A stretch of DNA of 35,699 nt, taken from positions 87,194,738-87,230,436 of the forward strand of contig NC_068982.1 of assembly GCF_001194135.2 (NCBI RefSeq). Direction: 5' to 3'. The notes below the pieces were generated by a model. That model worked only from the letters and a program-made list of their open reading frames with translations. It did no database searches and was not told the origin of the DNA. Of this stretch, positions 33,558-35,699 are shown one piece after another; position 1 is the stretch's first letter; each line of letters opens with the position of its first letter. Position numbers and translations under genes: made by a program. The DNA comes from Octopus bimaculoides. Taxonomy: Eukaryota.

Positions 33558-33623
33558 ATGAAAACTACCCACCCTGCCATCTGTTTTAACTTTTTGTTGT
33601 TCTGTTTAATATATACATAGATT

Positions 33624-33911
33624 ATGCCTCCAAAGAAGAGAGTTTGCTGGGGAAAGAAAGCAACCAGTTTAAAAAGACAGCAACAGACTGCAGTAATTCA
33701 CCACAATCCAGAAGCTACTTTGAACATAATGCAAAATGGTGCATCAACATCTACTGCCCAATCTGATAGAATTCTGGCAGAACTGTGTAGCAGTAGATCG
33801 CCAGCAATTGCTTCATCAGAAATTGCCGTCCTGCCTCCTGCGAAAAGGGATTACCCTGCTATGTATAATCAGGGCAGGGCAAAAAGTTGTTTTGCACAAG
33901 CATTTGTATAG
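33624..33911 (+). pseudogene. short ORF, probable Helitron RepHel N-terminus remnant
   Basis: Starts MPPKKR like the remnant in Helitron 1 and follows an acceptor-like CATAG; no recognisable domain downstream. Confidence 0.4.
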
Positions 33912-34744
33912 CCAATTAGACGAATGAAATTTACGTACGCTTAATAATGTTACGCAAAACAGCCTTCAGACTTTCCCTATTAATTTCATCGTTTTTTGAA
34001 TTATGAACATATTTACATCATAAGGGTTTTTTCGTTGTAAGGCTTTCATTTTTAGTTGATTTTCACCTAGCAAGACTTATCGTAGATGGCGTAATAAATC
34101 ACACCTGGACAACGTCGGGTTATATTGCTAGTAATCAATAAAAGAAAAAAAAATCCCAGTATTCAATCCATGCAGTTTGTTTTTAGCCTGAGGGAGCTAT
34201 ATATAATGTGGGTCACACCTTTGGTTCTCGCATCTGTGTATAAGGTATTTTGTTGTTTTTTTCCAGTTCCTGGACTGTAAAAACATGCTTAAGCTTTTCC
34301 GTTTTGCGTAGGATAATTTTAACAAATGTATTGTCTAAAATATTAGCCTATGGATTCCATCTGTCTTGTTTTTTTTGGTGGGGGGGGGGATTAGAGCTTC
34401 CTGTCAGATTGCACTCTGAGTACACAACCTATCAAACTCAGGTGTACTTAAAGTTCCAGTATGTCTCTTTATGTACACTAACAACCTACTTACTGTCACA
34501 TCAGCACACACACATCTATACAAAAGATTCCGCACATCACTTCTTAACCTGCTGCACACAAGCTTCAATTTAAATATCTCATGTACTGCTTGAACATCAT
34601 GAGCATGTTCCTCATGTAAGAAAACGTATATCAAGAAAACAATCTTGTACCTCACCGTCTATATGTATGATTAGCTCATAGCTAAGACCTTCAGATAAAA
34701 AGCAAATGTCAGTCATCTCATATAAACATAATTAAAATGCACCA

Positions 34745-35070
34745 CAGAGACAAAGAATCCTCTTGAGAGCCAGGAAATACTTTGGCCCTGATCAGTTACT
34801 GAATCTCTACAAATCTCATGACCCACATTCGATTATGTGAACTTACCCATCATTCGCAGTCCATTGTCCTTATACTCTCTTCTAACTTACCTTCTTGTAC
34901 CTTGAGAATCTACTGATACCTCGCCACCTTCATCTTTATCTCACTTTCCATCTACTCCCACTCACCCTCATATAATGTGGGTTATCCATTTACCTCCTCT
35001 GTAGCAAAATACCTTTTCCTGACCCATCATACTTTAAACTCCTCAATACCAGCATAAAGTTACCTCCCTT
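34745..35070 (+). mobile_element. CR1/Jockey-group LINE ORF2 C-terminal fragment
   Basis: 'RILLRARKYFGPDQLLNLYKS'. Confidence 0.55.
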
Positions 35071-35109
35071 CCTACTACACCCCCAATTTGTTTCATTTTT
35101 GTAAATTTT

Positions 35110-35302
35110 GTCTTGCAAGTTACTTGGTCATCTCACAAAAAGGCACTGTATTCTTTCTCTGTAACGTGACTGGCATAAGGAAGAGCTGTAGAAATCATGA
35201 CAAAGTAGACACTGGAGTCTGACACTGTCCTCTTACTCGTTGGATTTTGTCGAACTGTCCAACTCAATAACAACATGGAAGACGAACGTTAAATGATGAT
35301 GG
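35110..35302 (+). mobile_element. old RTE-tail/SINE fragment
   Basis: 'ggcataaggaagagctgtagaaatc...ctgtccaactc..aacatggaagacgaacgttaaatgatgatg'. Confidence 0.55.
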
Positions 35303-35445
35303 TATTGCCACTACACTCATTGACAAGGCTAAATATTTAATAGAAACCTGGTTGAGTGATTGGTAAAAATTCAGTTGCAAATATACTGCAATCAATAGTT
35401 GTCTTTCTTAAATACATTTATGGAAAATATCACATTATACCAATC

Positions 35446-35699
35446 ATCATCATCATCATCATCATTTAACGTCCGCTTTCCATGCTAGCATGGATTGGAC
35501 GATTTGACTGAGGACTGGTGAAACCAGATGGCTGCACCAGGCTCCAATCTGATTTGGCAGAGTTTCTACAGTTGGATGCCCTTCCTAACGCCAACCACTC
35601 AGAGAGTGTAGTGGGTGCTTTTACGTGTCACCCGCACGAAGGCCAGTCAGGCGGTACTGGCAACGGCCACGCTCAAAATGGTGTATTTTATGTGCCATC
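35446..35699 (-). mobile_element. RTE-clade LINE 3' tail (continues beyond the window)
   Basis: Same-strand near-copy of 24368-24620. Confidence 0.9.

Larger units (their letters stand above)
32358..34131 (+). mobile_element. non-autonomous Helitron (copy 2)
   Basis: A|TCCTCTTAATATATAAAG 5' end; decayed 3' hairpin 'cctggacaacgtcggg' then CTAG|T (34128-34132); MPPKK-starting ORF at 33624. Confidence 0.75.

Noticed and set aside
33885-33927. 'HKHLY' resembling the Helitron helicase motif HGQLYVA
   Set aside because: Too few matching residues and requires a frameshift; not used as evidence.
34404-34655. 83-aa minus-strand ORF with a nearby GTAAGT
   Set aside because: No recognisable domain and no convincing acceptor/donor pair.

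Overview
Eukaryotic, AT-rich, repeat-dense genomic window with three assembly gaps (680-926, 8193-8935, 25373-26367). The repeat families (RTE LINEs with catcat tails, CORE- and Nin/Deu-domain SINEs, Helitrons) look like octopus/cephalopod DNA; this is an inference. There is no prokaryotic system here (no CRISPR, rRNA or operon). Two host genes diverge from each other. (1) A complete 4-exon TMEM129 (ERAD E3 ligase, 368 aa, + strand, 12640-28802). (2) The 5' end of PGM3 (phosphoacetylglucosamine mutase, - strand, first coding exon 6504-6407 with the YGTAGFRT motif), which is absent from the supplied ORF track. The rest is mostly decayed mobile DNA: HERO-like and R4-like RLE retrotransposons, CR1-like and several RTE LINE pieces, two end-to-end delimited Helitrons, hAT/Tc1/Merlin-type MITEs, SINEs and long foldback hairpins. 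The most unusual observations are an exact 34-nt piece of the HERO element patched into a deletion in an RTE copy 13 kb away, a degenerate duplicate of the PGM3 start exon, a frame-preserving candidate cassette exon and a uORF at the PGM3 5' end, and oppositely oriented RTE copies around TMEM129 exons 3-4. I cannot support a new multi-gene biological system. All protein family calls are by motif recognition, not database search.
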